A DNA stretch of 64,000 bases from Rhizophagus irregularis (Eukaryota): the NCBI RefSeq assembly GCF_026210795.1, contig NC_089434.1, forward strand, positions 2,356,001 through 2,420,000, written 5' to 3'. Below the pieces are notes generated by a model. The model worked only from the letters and a program-made list of their open reading frames with translations. It searched no databases and was not told the DNA's origin. How positions within the stretch are numbered: the stretch's first letter is position 1; every line of letters starts with the position of its first letter. Below are positions 27,721 through 41,375 of this stretch, one piece after another. The position numbers and the translations under genes are program-made.

Positions 27721-28871
27721 TGCAAAAATCATCATCAATGGTATTCGCCTCTTTCTTAAGTTAAAGACTCTGGACATTGGTGTCGCATATGCAATTATAA
27801 TAATATTGAAGTTGCAAAAGCATTGGCTCGTACTAGAGATGGAGAATGTCTTTCTTCAGAGTATTTTGACAATAAAAGTCCTTTACAGTGGAAGTGTGTT
27901 AAGGGGCATATATGGACTGCGAACTTAAATAAAATAAAAGATTACAACCAGTGGTGCCCTACTTGTGATGGGCGAAATCCGACTATATTTGATATGAAAA
28001 TTCTAGCACAAAAAAATAACGGAGAATGCCTTTCAGATCAGTATTATGATGCACACACAAAACTTTTATGGCGTTGCAAGAATTTTCATATATGGGAAGC
28101 TCCTCCACTAACTATTCTGAGAGGTAGCTGGTGTCAATACTGTGCTGGTACTGCAAAACTTGATATTGAAATTGCTAATCAAATTGCATTATCGAGACAA
28201 GGCCAATGCCTTTCAGTGGAATACAAGAATATAAGCGCACCACTTCTATGGGCTTGTCAATATAATCATCAATAGTAGTCCTCACTTAGTAGTATAAAAC
28301 ATTCTGATACATGGTGTCCATACTGTGCAAGTATGGCTAAACATACTCTTGATGATGCTAAGCAAATTGCTCTCACTCGGGGTGGTAGGTGTCTTTCAAC
28401 AGAATACAAAAATAATAAATCTCCTTTATTATGGATCTGTAAAAATCGGCATAAATGGTATGCAAAATTCGATAATATTGTGAATAAATGCTCATGGTGT
28501 CCATATTGTAGCATAGTAAGTATAAATGTGAAAATCTATGTCGTCAAATCTTAACAAAATATTTGGGCCCTCTATCAGAAAATCGTAAGCCTGATTTCTT
28601 AAAAATACCAGAGCATTCAATGGGGCTACAACTTGACATTCCTTATTATCACTATGGTTTTGCAATCGAAGTACAAGGAGAACAGCATGATAAATATATA
28701 GAATTCTTTCATAGAGGAAACCTGAATAATTTCATCAGACAGCAAGAGCGGAATCAATTCAAGAAAGAATTATGCGAAGAAAATTGCATCAACCTAAAAT
28801 ATGTCTGGTATTACAAAGATCCACATATAGTTATTCCAGAGTATCTTCGAGAACTGGGTCTTATAGAATAA
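27721..28871 (+). pseudogene. Tandem zinc-ribbon repeat protein with C-terminal PD-(D/E)XK (Vsr/DUF559-like) endonuclease, of the type seen in large DNA viruses
   Basis: Five W.C..GH.W.........WCP.C repeats, then LQLD....GFAIEVQGEQH...FFH.....Q.ER...K..LC....I.L; in-frame TAA/TAG stops, a frameshift near 28516, no introns. Confidence 0.75.
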
Positions 28872-28958
28872 ATATGAAACTTTAAATGCGTGTATTTCAT
28901 TAAAATCCTTATTTTTTCGATATAGTAATTTCATGCTCAGTCCAACCAAATGAGAAAA

Positions 28959-29692
28959 ATGGAGTATTATATATATCATCTTAACGAGACCAAAAATTTA
29001 AAGAATATGAATCACCCTGCAAGTCCTGCGTTTCCTTTTCATTTGTTAATTTGCGGTAGACCAGATAGTGGAAAAACTAATATGATTCTTAATCTTCTTC
29101 TTGGAAATAAAATTCAACGTTTATTTAAGGAAAAGAAAGGGTGCGGTATGTCAAAAATGATGATCTAGTCTTAATCGGAAAGCATATCCATGAACCCAAA
29201 TGGGTATTAGTAAAAAACTGCTATGAAATTTTTGCAAAGGGTCCAAAAGCATATCGAGAGAATGTAACATTTCGTGCGTTAAAAGCAGATGCGATTCCAA
29301 ATATAACTAAGTTCTCACCAGATAGAAACACTGTTGTAGTCTTTGAGGATCTTTGCGCTGAATCAAAAAAAATTCAGGATCGGATTGTTCCATATTTTAT
29401 CAGTGGCCAACATCAAGGTGTATCAAGTATATATGTGAGCCAGAAGTATACACAAACTCCTAAAATTATTCGCGAGAATATCACCCATTTAGCTTTATTT
29501 CGAGGCTCAGGAAGCCGGGACGATATCCATAGAATCGTGCGACAATATACGGATGATCCAAAAAAAGCATCCAAGATTATTGACAAACATTTGCGAGATC
29601 AAAATTTTGTGGTCTTCGATTTTACTAAGGCATTTGACGATCCTCTCGCAATTAGATTAGGTTGAAACACGCCCTTAAAATTGGATGAGTAG
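28959..29692 (+). pseudogene. A32-like (FtsK/HerA superfamily) genome-packaging ATPase, Polinton/Maverick or NCLDV type
   Basis: Walker [14 protein letters not shown], Walker B VVVFEDL, family motif [15 protein letters not shown]...PKIIREN; frameshift near 29135 and a probable TGG>TGA at 29663; no introns. Confidence 0.82.
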
Positions 29693-30019
29693 GGTTCGTT
29701 TCTGCTCTTTCGCATTTATTCTCATGTTATATTATATTCCATATACATAAAAAAAATCATGTGCACATTCTGTTCTGAAACACCAATAAAGAAAAATTTC
29801 TATACAGGCATGTATTACACGCATTAGCCAAACAAACAAATTTTTTACTTATCTTCAAGCAAAAATATTATATGGATCATATGATTAATAGCATACGAAC
29901 TACTTTTATTTCATGCAATTTACATTACACTGCATATTAGTATGTTAAAGAATACGAGATAAACACGTAGATAGATATACATAATTTTTGACCAATCCAC
30001 CGATTTAACCAGTTTAACC

Positions 30020-33000
30020 TAATTATTCTTCTTTTTTCTAGGAGAAGTTTTCACTTATTCGATCTTAGAATCATCATCACTTGATTCGGAAATAGGATTT
30101 GTAATATAAGACATTATACTCTTAGTACTCGAAATAATCATATCCTAATTTTCGAGAATAACATTACATCAATCAATATCTTTATATGTATTCAAACATT
30201 TCATGCAAAAACTTACTCGCATCGTCCACAAGTTTGAGGCGAACTTTGGTAACTCTTTGAAGAGCAAAGCTGGTATTGTTGAATAAGAGAACTTTTTTTT
30301 GAGTTCAAAATAATATACACCAGCAAAGGGCATACACATGCTGTAAATATAAAAGTCATGATCTGTATGGATTTATGAAGAAAATCTGAATTTACTTATA
30401 ATGGAAATATTGATCCAGCCATAGAACTTACTATATATTTGAACGCCGTATACTTTTATTCTTTTAAACTCTTCGAAATTGCCTGGATAGTTGACTTTAA
30501 TAAAGTTCAGTATGATCTTTAGCATCTTGGCAGTTTTATTTCTATCCCCAACATAGTGGGTATGGTCAGGACATGATGGAGATCCTGAAACTTCCAAAGT
30601 TGACACCTCCAAATCAAAATCCACCATTGATATAATTGCGTCAATTTTATTTCCGGTACACCGTCGATCATCATCTCTTAATGATTGGTTCAGCTGATCA
30701 GCAGAGCATTGCAAGGTTGATTCACCCCTGTTGAAACACAAGCCAGCAAAATAAAGTTAATAATAATAGTAATTACTCAACGCGCTAAATTTGACTTAAA
30801 CTTACTACCTACAGTCCAAAAAAACTGATCTTCGAATAGCATGGTAAAGATATGGGAAACAAATTTAATTATGTAATGTCCTTCTGTCTTATTTTCTTTG
30901 AGGCAGTTTCTGCCATTTGAAAATTGTTTCCAACTATAGCAAAGTAGTAGTTCAATGTTAGAACAAAATCAGATTACAGTATATGAAGTACGCAGGATAC
31001 TTGCAATATTTCCATCAAATCTAAAACCCGTTTCCTCCATATTGTATTTCCATTTTCCCGTAGCTTTTCACACTCTATTCTGATTACATCACGTAATTTT
31101 TCCGCGATATTCTATGAAGTAAACATAAATATAAGGAATCACCAACAAATCAAAGTCTAACCTTCTCTACTTACCACATTTTTCAATATACTTTTTATAT
31201 ATTGTTTGACATCATCTGCCCTTCCGTCTTGTTCTATGTCCTGGTCAATCGAAGTTAAAGCGGAAGCAGATTCTGGAGCTAATGATGTTGCATCGGGGCT
31301 AGACGTTAAAAATTCTTCTATTGTTCCAATAATATCACCCCAATGCTTTCTGAAGAAATTTCGTGCTTCTGTTGCAGAAGATTTGGCCGTATCAAGAATA
31401 TTATAACGCATTAGACTGTAAAAAAAAGTTTTCAGCATCTAGGGTATATATATATCAATGGAGTATTCAACAGATGTACATACTCTTGTTTATGTATTTC
31501 TTCAACATATCTTGATGAGCGACGCTATTGCTCCATTTTTGATCTAACGCACATATTCTTGACAATTAGCTTGCAATCGACGGTGATATCAACAGGGGTT
31601 TCATTAGGAGATCATCTTCAGAAGTATCATCTTTATAACCATGTTCTTTACATACGAAAGAACTTGATGAAGTATCATACGAAAAATTTTGATGAGGCAG
31701 AGTACGTGGCTCGGAACTATTAATTTTGTTTATATTACTAGTCATTTCCGCACTAGACCCTGCGCTTTCTAAGCTTGACGAAAATGGTATTGGTACTCCT
31801 GGTGATGATGATGCGTTCGGTGCTCCTTGTGATGGTGATGGTCTTGGCACTCCTTGTGATGATGAGGAGGAGGATGGCGTGTCTTTCGTGGTTTTGGCCT
31901 GTTTACACAAAAAAATAGAAAAATTTTGAGAAGAATTCATGGTAACAAATCCTTATAATCATAGGGATGCATCTTATACCGACTTTCTTAGCTGAACCAA
32001 CTGACTCTTTATTCTGTAGATGTAATAAATCATTAAAAAATGGTTGCATAAAATTCATTGCAACGTAAGACCTTATCAATATCCTAACCTTTTTTGGAAG
32101 AGATAACTTTTTCCGCTTTGGTATACAGGCAGGCATGAAATCATCGTCGGACTGAATACAAATTAAATTACCTTTATCAGACAGCCAACATTTTGTAGAT
32201 TCTCTTATAGCAAAAAAATGCTTACCAGTGCTTTTTCCAGCACTGACTTTCTTCTATCTTCAATTGCGGTGAAGTTCATGTTTTTACTTTGGTCAAGAGC
32301 ATAATTTAACTAGTATAAAAGAAAGTATTAGGTTTAAATTTTGTGTTCATGTAAGCAACAGCCAAAAAATCCTTACATCTTCAGATTCAATCTGAAATAA
32401 TTTCAGTTCATTATGAGTTTTGACATATTGAATTTTTTCATGTAGATTTTGAGTATTGCGATCATTCCAGAACTTCACAACTTCTGGAGAGCGTTTAATA
32501 TCCTAGAAACTCAAGAACATAACAATCGTTAATGGTTAATTTATTACAACCCAAATTGCGTCTATTATAAGATACAAAACATGACAGACTGCAACGAACT
32601 CAAAAGGATCAATACTGGGCGACTCAAAAGGACACACCAGTGTGTCATAGCAATTGATTCAAAAGGACCTGCCAAAAGCCAATTGACTCAAAGGGACAAT
32701 TTTACCCAATGTGCGGAACTCAAAGGGATCCATAAAGCTACTAGGGTGGGCTTTTGACCTGTCAACTGAATCTAATCATAAAAAAACATACCTGCCAATT
32801 ATTAAGTAGCCCCTGTGCCTTTTGTCTATAAATGTTGTCTTTGTCGTTAATGATAATTTTCTGAAGTAAGGACTTAAACGCACCGTGTTCTTGATTGCAG
32901 TCATTTAAAACCAAGTTTTCAGACCTCCATTCTAAAAAATTAATAAGTGACCACCGAAGTGGATCGATCTCCTGAAAGTAGCTGTTGTCGATCTCCTGTA

Positions 33001-33040
33001 AGTTGTTTGAAATTTGTTCCATGGAAATTTTTGTATACAA
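30020..33040 (-). pseudogene. Multi-exon (~10) fungal gene with a C-terminal restriction-endonuclease-like domain, probably inactivated
   Basis: Minus-strand GT-AG introns link ORFs; G.KIDAI......EVSTLEVSG.P......HY.GDR.K.AK.LK....KVYG.QIY motif; apparent premature TAA near 31567 and 30057. Confidence 0.62.
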
Positions 33041-33672
33041 GTTAACGATCGGTGAGAAAAAATTCTTTTATGTACAGTATATGAGAAATCAACTGTCGTA
33101 CAGATTGATATGATGATCCCGTTCACACGTGTTAATTCTTTTGCTTGACCGCTTATACTAAGGCAGGTAAAACGCTATATAATATGCTTCAGTCAAATGT
33201 AATAAAAATAGCCATCCCTCCAGAGCAATATACATATCAGTAAATGCTATTCTGCTAAAAATTATTCAGCTAAATGTTGCAAGGAAAAAAAATCGAAATA
33301 TTTTGGGGATCGATTTCTTATGTGTGAAATTTATTTTGGAGGAATCTTACCACACTATTGTGTGATGTTTTTGTCATATGGTCACGTGCTGACCTGTTTA
33401 CGTTTTTTATTATGTTTCTGAGGGACTTAGTTTTTTTTTACTAGCCTGATCTCTATTTGTCACTGCATTATATATCACCTGTACTATCACGTTTAAAGTA
33501 CTATTTATATTGTGACAGGGTAGTGTGGTAAGATTCCCATTATTTTGTCGCACAAGCAGTCACACAGAGCTACAGCTGATTTGGGCGGTGTATCACTTAT
33601 TACATCATATGCACTTTAACGAGGATCGAAAACATGCTAATTTATGTCACACATGCCAACATGCATTGGCCT

Positions 33673-34837
33673 TAAAGCTCCGAACGGGTCGGTTTGGTCC
33701 GGATTATAGACAGTTTGGATTAGAGCCGAAATCTGTAAGAACCGAACCGAAAAACCAGCAGTTCAGTTCGGTTTAATCCGATTTTTTATAAAAATGTGAA
33801 AAATCGAATAGCCGGCCATCTAGTGATCATACAAAGTCGAGCCATATATCATTGGATTCGTCTCGACGAGACGCGTCGAATGGTGGTAAGCTCATGTCTC
33901 TAGCATCGATAGATCACACGTTAGCCCACGCTAAATGATTTATAAATAATTGGAATTATCAAGCTATCTATCGGTGCTAGAGACATGATCTTAGCACCAT
34001 TCGACGCGTCTCAGTGAGATGAATCCAATGAATATAAATTCGTCCGTGTATGATCACTGGATGGCGAAAAACATCAAGTTTCGCATTTTTTTAAAATTTT
34101 CAAGTGTTAAAAATTAAAAATTCCGATACATGAATTTATTCGTCGTCCAATGGTCGTACAAATATGAATTAGGACTCATTGGATTCGTCTCGATGAGACG
34201 AGTCGAATGGTGGTAAGATCACGTCTCTAGCATCGATAGATAGCTTGCTAATGCCAATTTTTTATAAATCATTTAGCGTGAATTAAAATACGATCTATTA
34301 ATGCTAGAGACATGATCTCACCACCATTCGACTCGTCTCATCGGGATGAATCCAATGAGTCCTAATTCATATTTGTACGACCATTGGACGACGAATAAAT
34401 TCATGTATCGGAATTTTTAATTTTTAACGCTCGTAAATTTAAAAAAATGCGAAACTTGATATTATTCGCCATCCAGTGGTCGTACACGGACGAATTTATA
34501 TTCATTGGATTCGTCTCACTGAGACGCGTCGAATGGTGCTAAGATCATGCCTTCAGCACCGATAGATAGCTTGCTAATTCCAATTATTTATAAATCATTT
34601 ATCGTGAGTTAACGTGTGATCTATCGATGCTAGAGACGTGATCTTACCACCATTCGACGCGTCTCGTCGAGACGAATCCAATGATATATGGTTGGACTTT
34701 GTAGGATCACTAGATGGCCGGCTATTCGATTTTTCGCATTTTTATAAAAAATCGGATTAAACCGAACTGAACTGAACTGAATTTTGAGCCGGTTTCGGAT
34801 CAGTTCCCCGGTTTAGCCCGAACTGTTCGGAGCTTTA
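33673..34837. mobile_element. hAT MITE whose interior is a ~1 kb near-perfect palindrome
   Basis: TIR TAAAGCTCCGAAC / GTTCGGAGCTTTA, 8 bp TSD ATTGGCCT. Confidence 0.92.
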
Positions 34838-34934
34838 ATTGGCCTTAAGGCGCTTCGCATGGCTAGACAATATATTATTTTATTAAGACAATATTCGGGA
34901 TCTAGGTCAAGGACTGATCTGGAAAATTCGGCAG

Positions 34935-35541
34935 GTGATATAAAAAATGAATTGCGGTATCGGAATTCACTTTTTTATATTGATTTTATATATAAAAAGT
35001 GAATTGCGGTATCAGAATTCACTTTTTTATATTGATTTTATATATAAAAAGTGAATTGCGGTATCAGAATTCACTTTTTTATATTGATTTTATATATAAA
35101 AAGTGAATTACGGTATCGGAATTCACTTTTTTATATTGATTTTATATATAAAAAATGAATTGCGGTATCGGAATTCACTTTTTTATATTGATTTTATATA
35201 TAAAAAATGAATTGCGGTATCGGAATTCACTTTTTTATATTGATTTTATATATAAAAAATGAATTGCGGTATTGGAATTCACTTTTTATATTGATTTTAT
35301 ATATAAAAAGTGAATTGCGGTATTGTGATTCACCTTTTTATACGATTTTAATATAAAAAGTGAATCGCAATATTTCAAAAAAAAAATGTTTTGCACCATT
35401 TTTTTTTGATATTTTAATAAAAATCCTGAAATTTTTCAGGTTTCAGTTCAGGTCGGGTCAAACAGATAATCTGATATAACTTGACCTGACCTGACCTGAA
35501 AAAAAATTTCAGGCCAGGTTTATTAATTAACCTGACCTGAC
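34935..35541 (-). mobile_element. Partial hAT MITE with 52 bp tandem repeat (family of 44780-45737)
   Basis: AAAAAGTGAATTGCGGTATCGGAATTCACTTTTT units, GACCT repeats and terminus CCATTCAGAACTCTA. Confidence 0.75.
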
Positions 35542-35920
35542 CTGATCCATTCAGAACTCTAACGCCAGATTTTACATTTTTTCATTAAAAAAACTTTTTT
35601 TTTGTTTAATTTAAGGCGGCACAAAGCTAATAAATTGGTTCTCATAACCCGACCGGGTCAATGAAGTGTAACCCAAAAATTTTTATTTTATATATATACA
35701 TATAATTAACCAATAAAAATGCTCAATCTAATATCATGTGATAAACCAATTTTATTAGCATACATGTACGCATATAACGCATTCAATCATCAATCATGCA
35801 ACGCATTTTTTTTATAGTGTATTTTATATGAGTTTCATTTTATTAAAAATAAAATTCATTCATGCAATGCAAACACCAGGCCCGTATTAACGAACCTATA
35901 ATAACGAACCTATAATAACA

Positions 35921-38900
35921 TTACAAAGTACAAGCCAAAAAAATAAACCTAAACTTTTTTTGCTTCCCTTTGTCTTTATTACCACCTTGTTTCCATTTCA
36001 GACGTTTCTTTGAGACAATAGTATCGCTATTACAGCCACTACAATGTGGGTGTTCATCTTTTGTTACTCTATTGACGTCTAAGCTTCCACACTCAATGCA
36101 AACATCTGGGTAAATTCCGGCTGAGTAGTATGGTTTTTCAATTGGCGAACTACAGGACCATGAATCATTAACGAAAACTCTTGAAAATAACTCATATATA
36201 GAATCCTCAGTAGCATTATCAAGCTCTTTATCTATATCTATTTCAAATTCTTCATTTCTATTATCTAAGTCTTCTGGTTCGTTCTGTTCATCATTATTAG
36301 AAGCATCCTCCTTTTCCATATTTTCTTGATCATCCTCACCATTGTCTTCTGTAATATCATCACATATGTCTTGTTTTGGTGGAATAGCTATTGCCAAATC
36401 ATACGTATTATAAAATGACATACCGCAAGTGTAGAGTATTGTATCCAAAAATCCTTGAAGTATTGTCTTGTCTTTTTCAGAAAGTTTCTTTGCACTGAAT
36501 AAAAGACAAGGCTTCTCACATTCAACACAGCTTACAGTAATACCAACATTTTTTGCATGTACAGCAGAAGGGCAAAATGGCATAGTATGTTTTACTTTTG
36601 TTGTTTTCATCTTTTCTTTTGTTTTTTTGACATTCTTAAGCGAAGGTCTATGATCTTCCGTTGTTTGTTTACCATACAACTCTTCAAATGATTTATAATG
36701 CAAATCATCTCCAGGTACTGGATCCAGAAGTCTATGCAATTGTTCAAAATCTTCAGGCAAACAACAAGGAAGACGGCAGATGGTGCAAGTAGATTCACCA
36801 CATTTTTTGATTGTAAAAGAGTAATGTCTTGCAGTACAACAATGTTCTATGAATTCTTGTAGAAACAACTTCAAACAAAGGTTGTTAATTTAGTTTCTTT
36901 TTATGCAGGTATAAACTCAATTGATATTTAATACTTACCCTTTGTTTTATATGTTCTGCAGTATGGTCCTCATGGGTAACGCTATCATCCACAAGCTGAA
37001 TTGTTTCCCAGAATTTCTCCATTTCTATTTCTGATGCTGCAGTAAACGTTTTAAAGGGTTAGCTTTTAAGAGATTGGTGGTTGAATATATCATTAACCAA
37101 ACAGATCGGAGATTGAAGACTATCAATGAGATCTTCTTTCAAGGTAGGATTCTCCATGGCAATTTTGCGGATTTCATTCATTGTGCCACATTTGCTTATT
37201 AATTTCTCTGATTCATCATTCATTTCAGCTCGCATCAAGCCAACACTTTGCAATCCTAAATTTAAAATTGACATTATATGCTCAACAGGATTTTTCCATG
37301 AATGTTGTGGAGGAGTTTGAACGGCAACAAAATAATCAAGATCTAATGCAAGAAAAAGGCAAATATATGAAAGTTGGACACGGGCATATGTGCATCGGTG
37401 ATCTGGTCCACCATCAGTGTAGAGGCATAGTACAGGCTTATCAACAAGCTGTTCTTCAAGAAGTATACTATATAATTCTGTTGCATGTCGAAGAGGTGAA
37501 GAAGGCTGAAAGATTGGATCCTTTAACCCAATGCATACCTTTCCTGCATAGAAATCAATATTGATTGATTCAGGTATATCACATATCATTGCTACACTTG
37601 GTATTATTCCTGTTTTAGTGAAATCATGATCAGCAACTATGAATGTAGTGTCTTTACTAAGGTTGCTTGCCGAAACCTTCTTAATAACTGCCAAAACCTA
37701 TACGGAAAATGCCAAAACTATATTAAATCATATTAAAAATCCTGCCGAAACTTTACCGAAATGCTGAAACTCCCATTTGCCGAAACTGCCAAAACCCTGC
37801 CGAAACTATAGTAAACATATAGTAAAATCTTGCCGAAATTTATCGCAGGATTTTAGAGAGGTTTTGGCAAGCAACCTTAGTCTTTACTTACTACGACCTT
37901 CTTTCCTCTTTCTACTGCAACAACAGGAAATCCGGGTTCTCCAACTTTGCAACGGTGCTTGTCATCCAAAAAGACTAAATTTGTAATTTTGCGAAATTTA
38001 ACAGCAAATTCCTTTTCATAGCGAAACAATGCCGATGCATAGTGGATATCAGGATGAGAAGCCCGTAATTGCCGTGTTTGAACCATAAATTTTAAAGGTA
38101 AAAGATCAGTGAATTGTAAACTACTAAGTCGAGTTGGGTTTTTAGACCAAAATTGTAACTGCAACCATTGTGCACTAGGGATTGGTGTTTCAGGTGGGCA
38201 TTCACGCTCTATTTGGTGTAAAAGATCATTTACTGAGATTGCAGTAGCAAGATGTACAATTGTATCATGTCTACGTTCATCTACAGCAGTTACAGCATCT
38301 GCTGCCTTTCCTTCAAGAAACTGAGCTGCGATTTTCCAGAAAGTATCATATTTGCTAGGTTTTCCACTATTATGTTCACGTAGATTAATGGTGATATCTG
38401 GATCTCCAAGCTCCAAAAACATTTTAACACGTTCATTAACTCTTGCTTCATTTGCTGTTTCAGCCGCTGAGACATCTCCTGTTAGCATTCTATAGATTGT
38501 TCGAAATGATGATAGCTTGGCCTTTGGAAGAAGCAATTCACATGTACGTAGGTAGTTTATCCGCATTGTTCGTGTATGATAACGAGGTGCATTAGCTTGT
38601 AGTTGACTTACAATCTGTTTATTCTCTTGCAAAATCTTTATTTCAGTAGCTTGTTCATCGATTTTCCATATCAAGATTGCATTAAAAGCATTGTTTCCTG
38701 AGTTGAATTAGTACTCTCCAATTTCGTAGGTAAATGCATGAGATAAGCCCTGAATGTAACGCATTCTTTGCCTACATTAATTTATTCATTAATATCATAT
38801 ATTAAATATTTTGAGAATATTATTTTTTTTACTTACATAGGATCAGTTGGCAAGTATTCTTCAATATCAACTGGTTCCCATGGTAGTAAATCGATGAGAG

Positions 38901-39850
38901 ATTGTTCAAGATGATAATATTTATTCTTATCAATAGGTGTTATCCAAATATTCTTCTTATAAACTTTTATTGTTGTTACTTGATTAATAGTTCGTATAGG
39001 AATTTCTGATGCATGATTCTTAGCAGTAATATCACGTTTATGTTGCAGAAATATAATATAATTCGAAATAACAATAATGAAATCATCAAGTACATCACGG
39101 AGCCAATTAAAGTTTTCTCTTAAGATCCATGATAATGTAACATATGGAGCAAGAGCTTGACAATGCAAGTTTAATTCATTTGCATCAAAGGGTTTTTGTG
39201 ATTGCTTGTATGATTCTGGATTTGCGCGACTAAAAAACTCAAGGAAAAGCTTAGGTATGTGATAATTTCGTTCTTCTAGTTTCTTATGATCATGCATATC
39301 GATATACCAAATTGTTTCTGTTAAGCTAACAATAAATTCCTTTCCTTGCGTGTCAGCACATAATTTAGTGGGCCACCCACTGCCATGACTGTGGATCCAA
39401 TCAACAATATCATTACGCAATTTTTGCTTACGATTTACCTTTTCTGACTGTGGAAATGTTGGCAAATGCAACTGGAATTTGTGTGCATTTTGCATCAAGA
39501 TTGTAAATCCGTTTGATTGTACTTGAGTAGCTTCAGTATCATCAGATTTTAGTCGATAGTGTAAATGTATTCCTATATTTCTGGTAAGTTCTATGATATT
39601 ACAGTTAATACTGACTTGAATTGCAATGCTGGTTGGTATTTCACTTAATTCAACACGTTCTATTTTTTCAGAACTTGTTACGGCAATATTGCATTCAGAG
39701 GATAGTTTCTTATTAACTAGCTTTGTAAAAAAATCTTTTATTGACATTTCACAAGAAATAGGATGGATGTACCATCCATGGAGTATTCTTATCCCTTTAG
39801 AGATGCGAGTATTTACAAGTAGCATGTTCAAAAAAAAGGTATTTGTAAAA
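35921..39850 (-). pseudogene. Zator/TP36-like DDE transposase with introns near 38772-38834 and 36872-36938, interrupted by a MITE
   Basis: Motifs FLDDKH, ADHDF, YTDGGPDH and PPQHSWKNPVE; Cys-rich C-terminus; stop codons and the insertion at 37658-37879. Confidence 0.75.
37658..37879. mobile_element. 222 bp hAT MITE (inverted copy of 26940-27161)
   Basis: Same TIRs, 8 bp TSD GTCTTTAC. Confidence 0.92.
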
Positions 39851-41375
39851 GATTTGGAGAAAATACATCTTTTCGCGTTTTTTTATATTTAATAATGTAT
39901 CGCGAATTTGCTATAATTTTATTTCTATTAGGGGCGTAGTCTCAAAAAGGAAAGCTGAGTAATTGACCGATTTCCAATATAATAGTATATGCAAGACTCA
40001 TATTACTTTATATAAAATAACAAAAAGGGGTTATATTTTCATTTTTTTTTCTATATATAATATTTTATCCAAATGATTTCCCACGCCAATTCACCAAAGT
40101 AATTCTGCTTAACTATAAACTGTTCATTACCTGAATGAAAACTCGAAAATTAACTTGATATATATAAATATACAAATATATTGATTTATTATAATAAAAG
40201 TTTATACGGAATATAGTTAATAAAGAATCAATATTAATAATATTAACATGAAATTTTTGATTGGACGTCAGATTGTGGAACACATGACTAAATTTTATTG
40301 GTTAAAAAATTTTTATCCTTAGAAATAAAAATCCGGACGGCCGGGTCAAATCAAATAAATTTTGTTATGAGAACCAATTTATTTATTTTGTGCCGCCTAA
40401 TGAAAAACGTTAGGTTTAACATTTTTAACTAAAAAAAAAATTTTTTTATATATCTTTTAATAAAAAATATCAGATCTGACGTTTTTCATTAAAAAAACTT
40501 TTTTTTTATTTAATTTAATGAAAAACATTAGATTTGATATTTTTAGTTAAAAAAAACATTATTTTATGTTTCTTTAACTAAAAAAAAAGATTTTTCAATG
40601 AAAAAACATCAGATTTGACATTTATAATTAAAAAAAACTTTTGTTATTTTTTTTTAATGAAAAATGTCAGGTTTGACATTTTGATTAAAAGAAGACGTAT
40701 TTTATTATTATATTTAATGAAAAACATCAGATTCAGATTTTGGCATTTTTTATATATAAAAACATCAAAATGTTTTTTTTTAACCCAAAATATATCGAAT
40801 CAACAGATTGGGTCAGGTACCCAATTGTAATTAACCTGACCTGAGATCAGGTTATTAAATTTGCTACTTGACCCGAATTTTTTGGATCAACCTGTTAGGT
40901 CATCCGATCTGTCAAGTTAAATTCGATGTTCTAGCTCAAGTATAATTTGGAAAGAAATTATAGTTGAATATCAACTATCTTTTATAAGATGATTAAACTT
41001 AATGCTTTTTTAATATTATTGAATAGCATTAGAAATGCAAAGAATATAACATCAGCTTCATAATACTAGTTGATATAAAGATGTCAAAAAATTCAAGAAT
41101 ATTGTTAATTGTGATTGAAAAAAACTTTTATATCAGTTTAATGAAATTATTTTTTTGAAATATGATATGATGAGAATCTGAAAATTATGATTTCTTAGAA
41201 GATATATAAAGTTAAAAAATATATTGATTAAAAAGACTTTAATCTTTTAATATATATATATGGTTTATATAATAACTCAATATCATGTAGCTAGTACTTG
41301 AATTTGTAATTGTATATAATTTATATGTTTTTAAAAAAATGAATTACTCAAAAGATACAATAAAAAATTCTTTAA

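Larger units (their letters stand above)
35615..40397 (-). mobile_element. Zator-like DNA transposon, full length, inactivated
   Basis: TIR GGCGGCACAAA..AATAAATTGGTTCTCATAAC / GTTATGAGAACCAATTTATT..TTTGTGCCGCC, 3 bp TAA TSD; encloses the transposase gene. Confidence 0.8.

Noticed and set aside
37059..37694. Independent 211 aa gene
   Set aside because: Its N-terminus is read from the inserted MITE; the rest is part of the split transposase.
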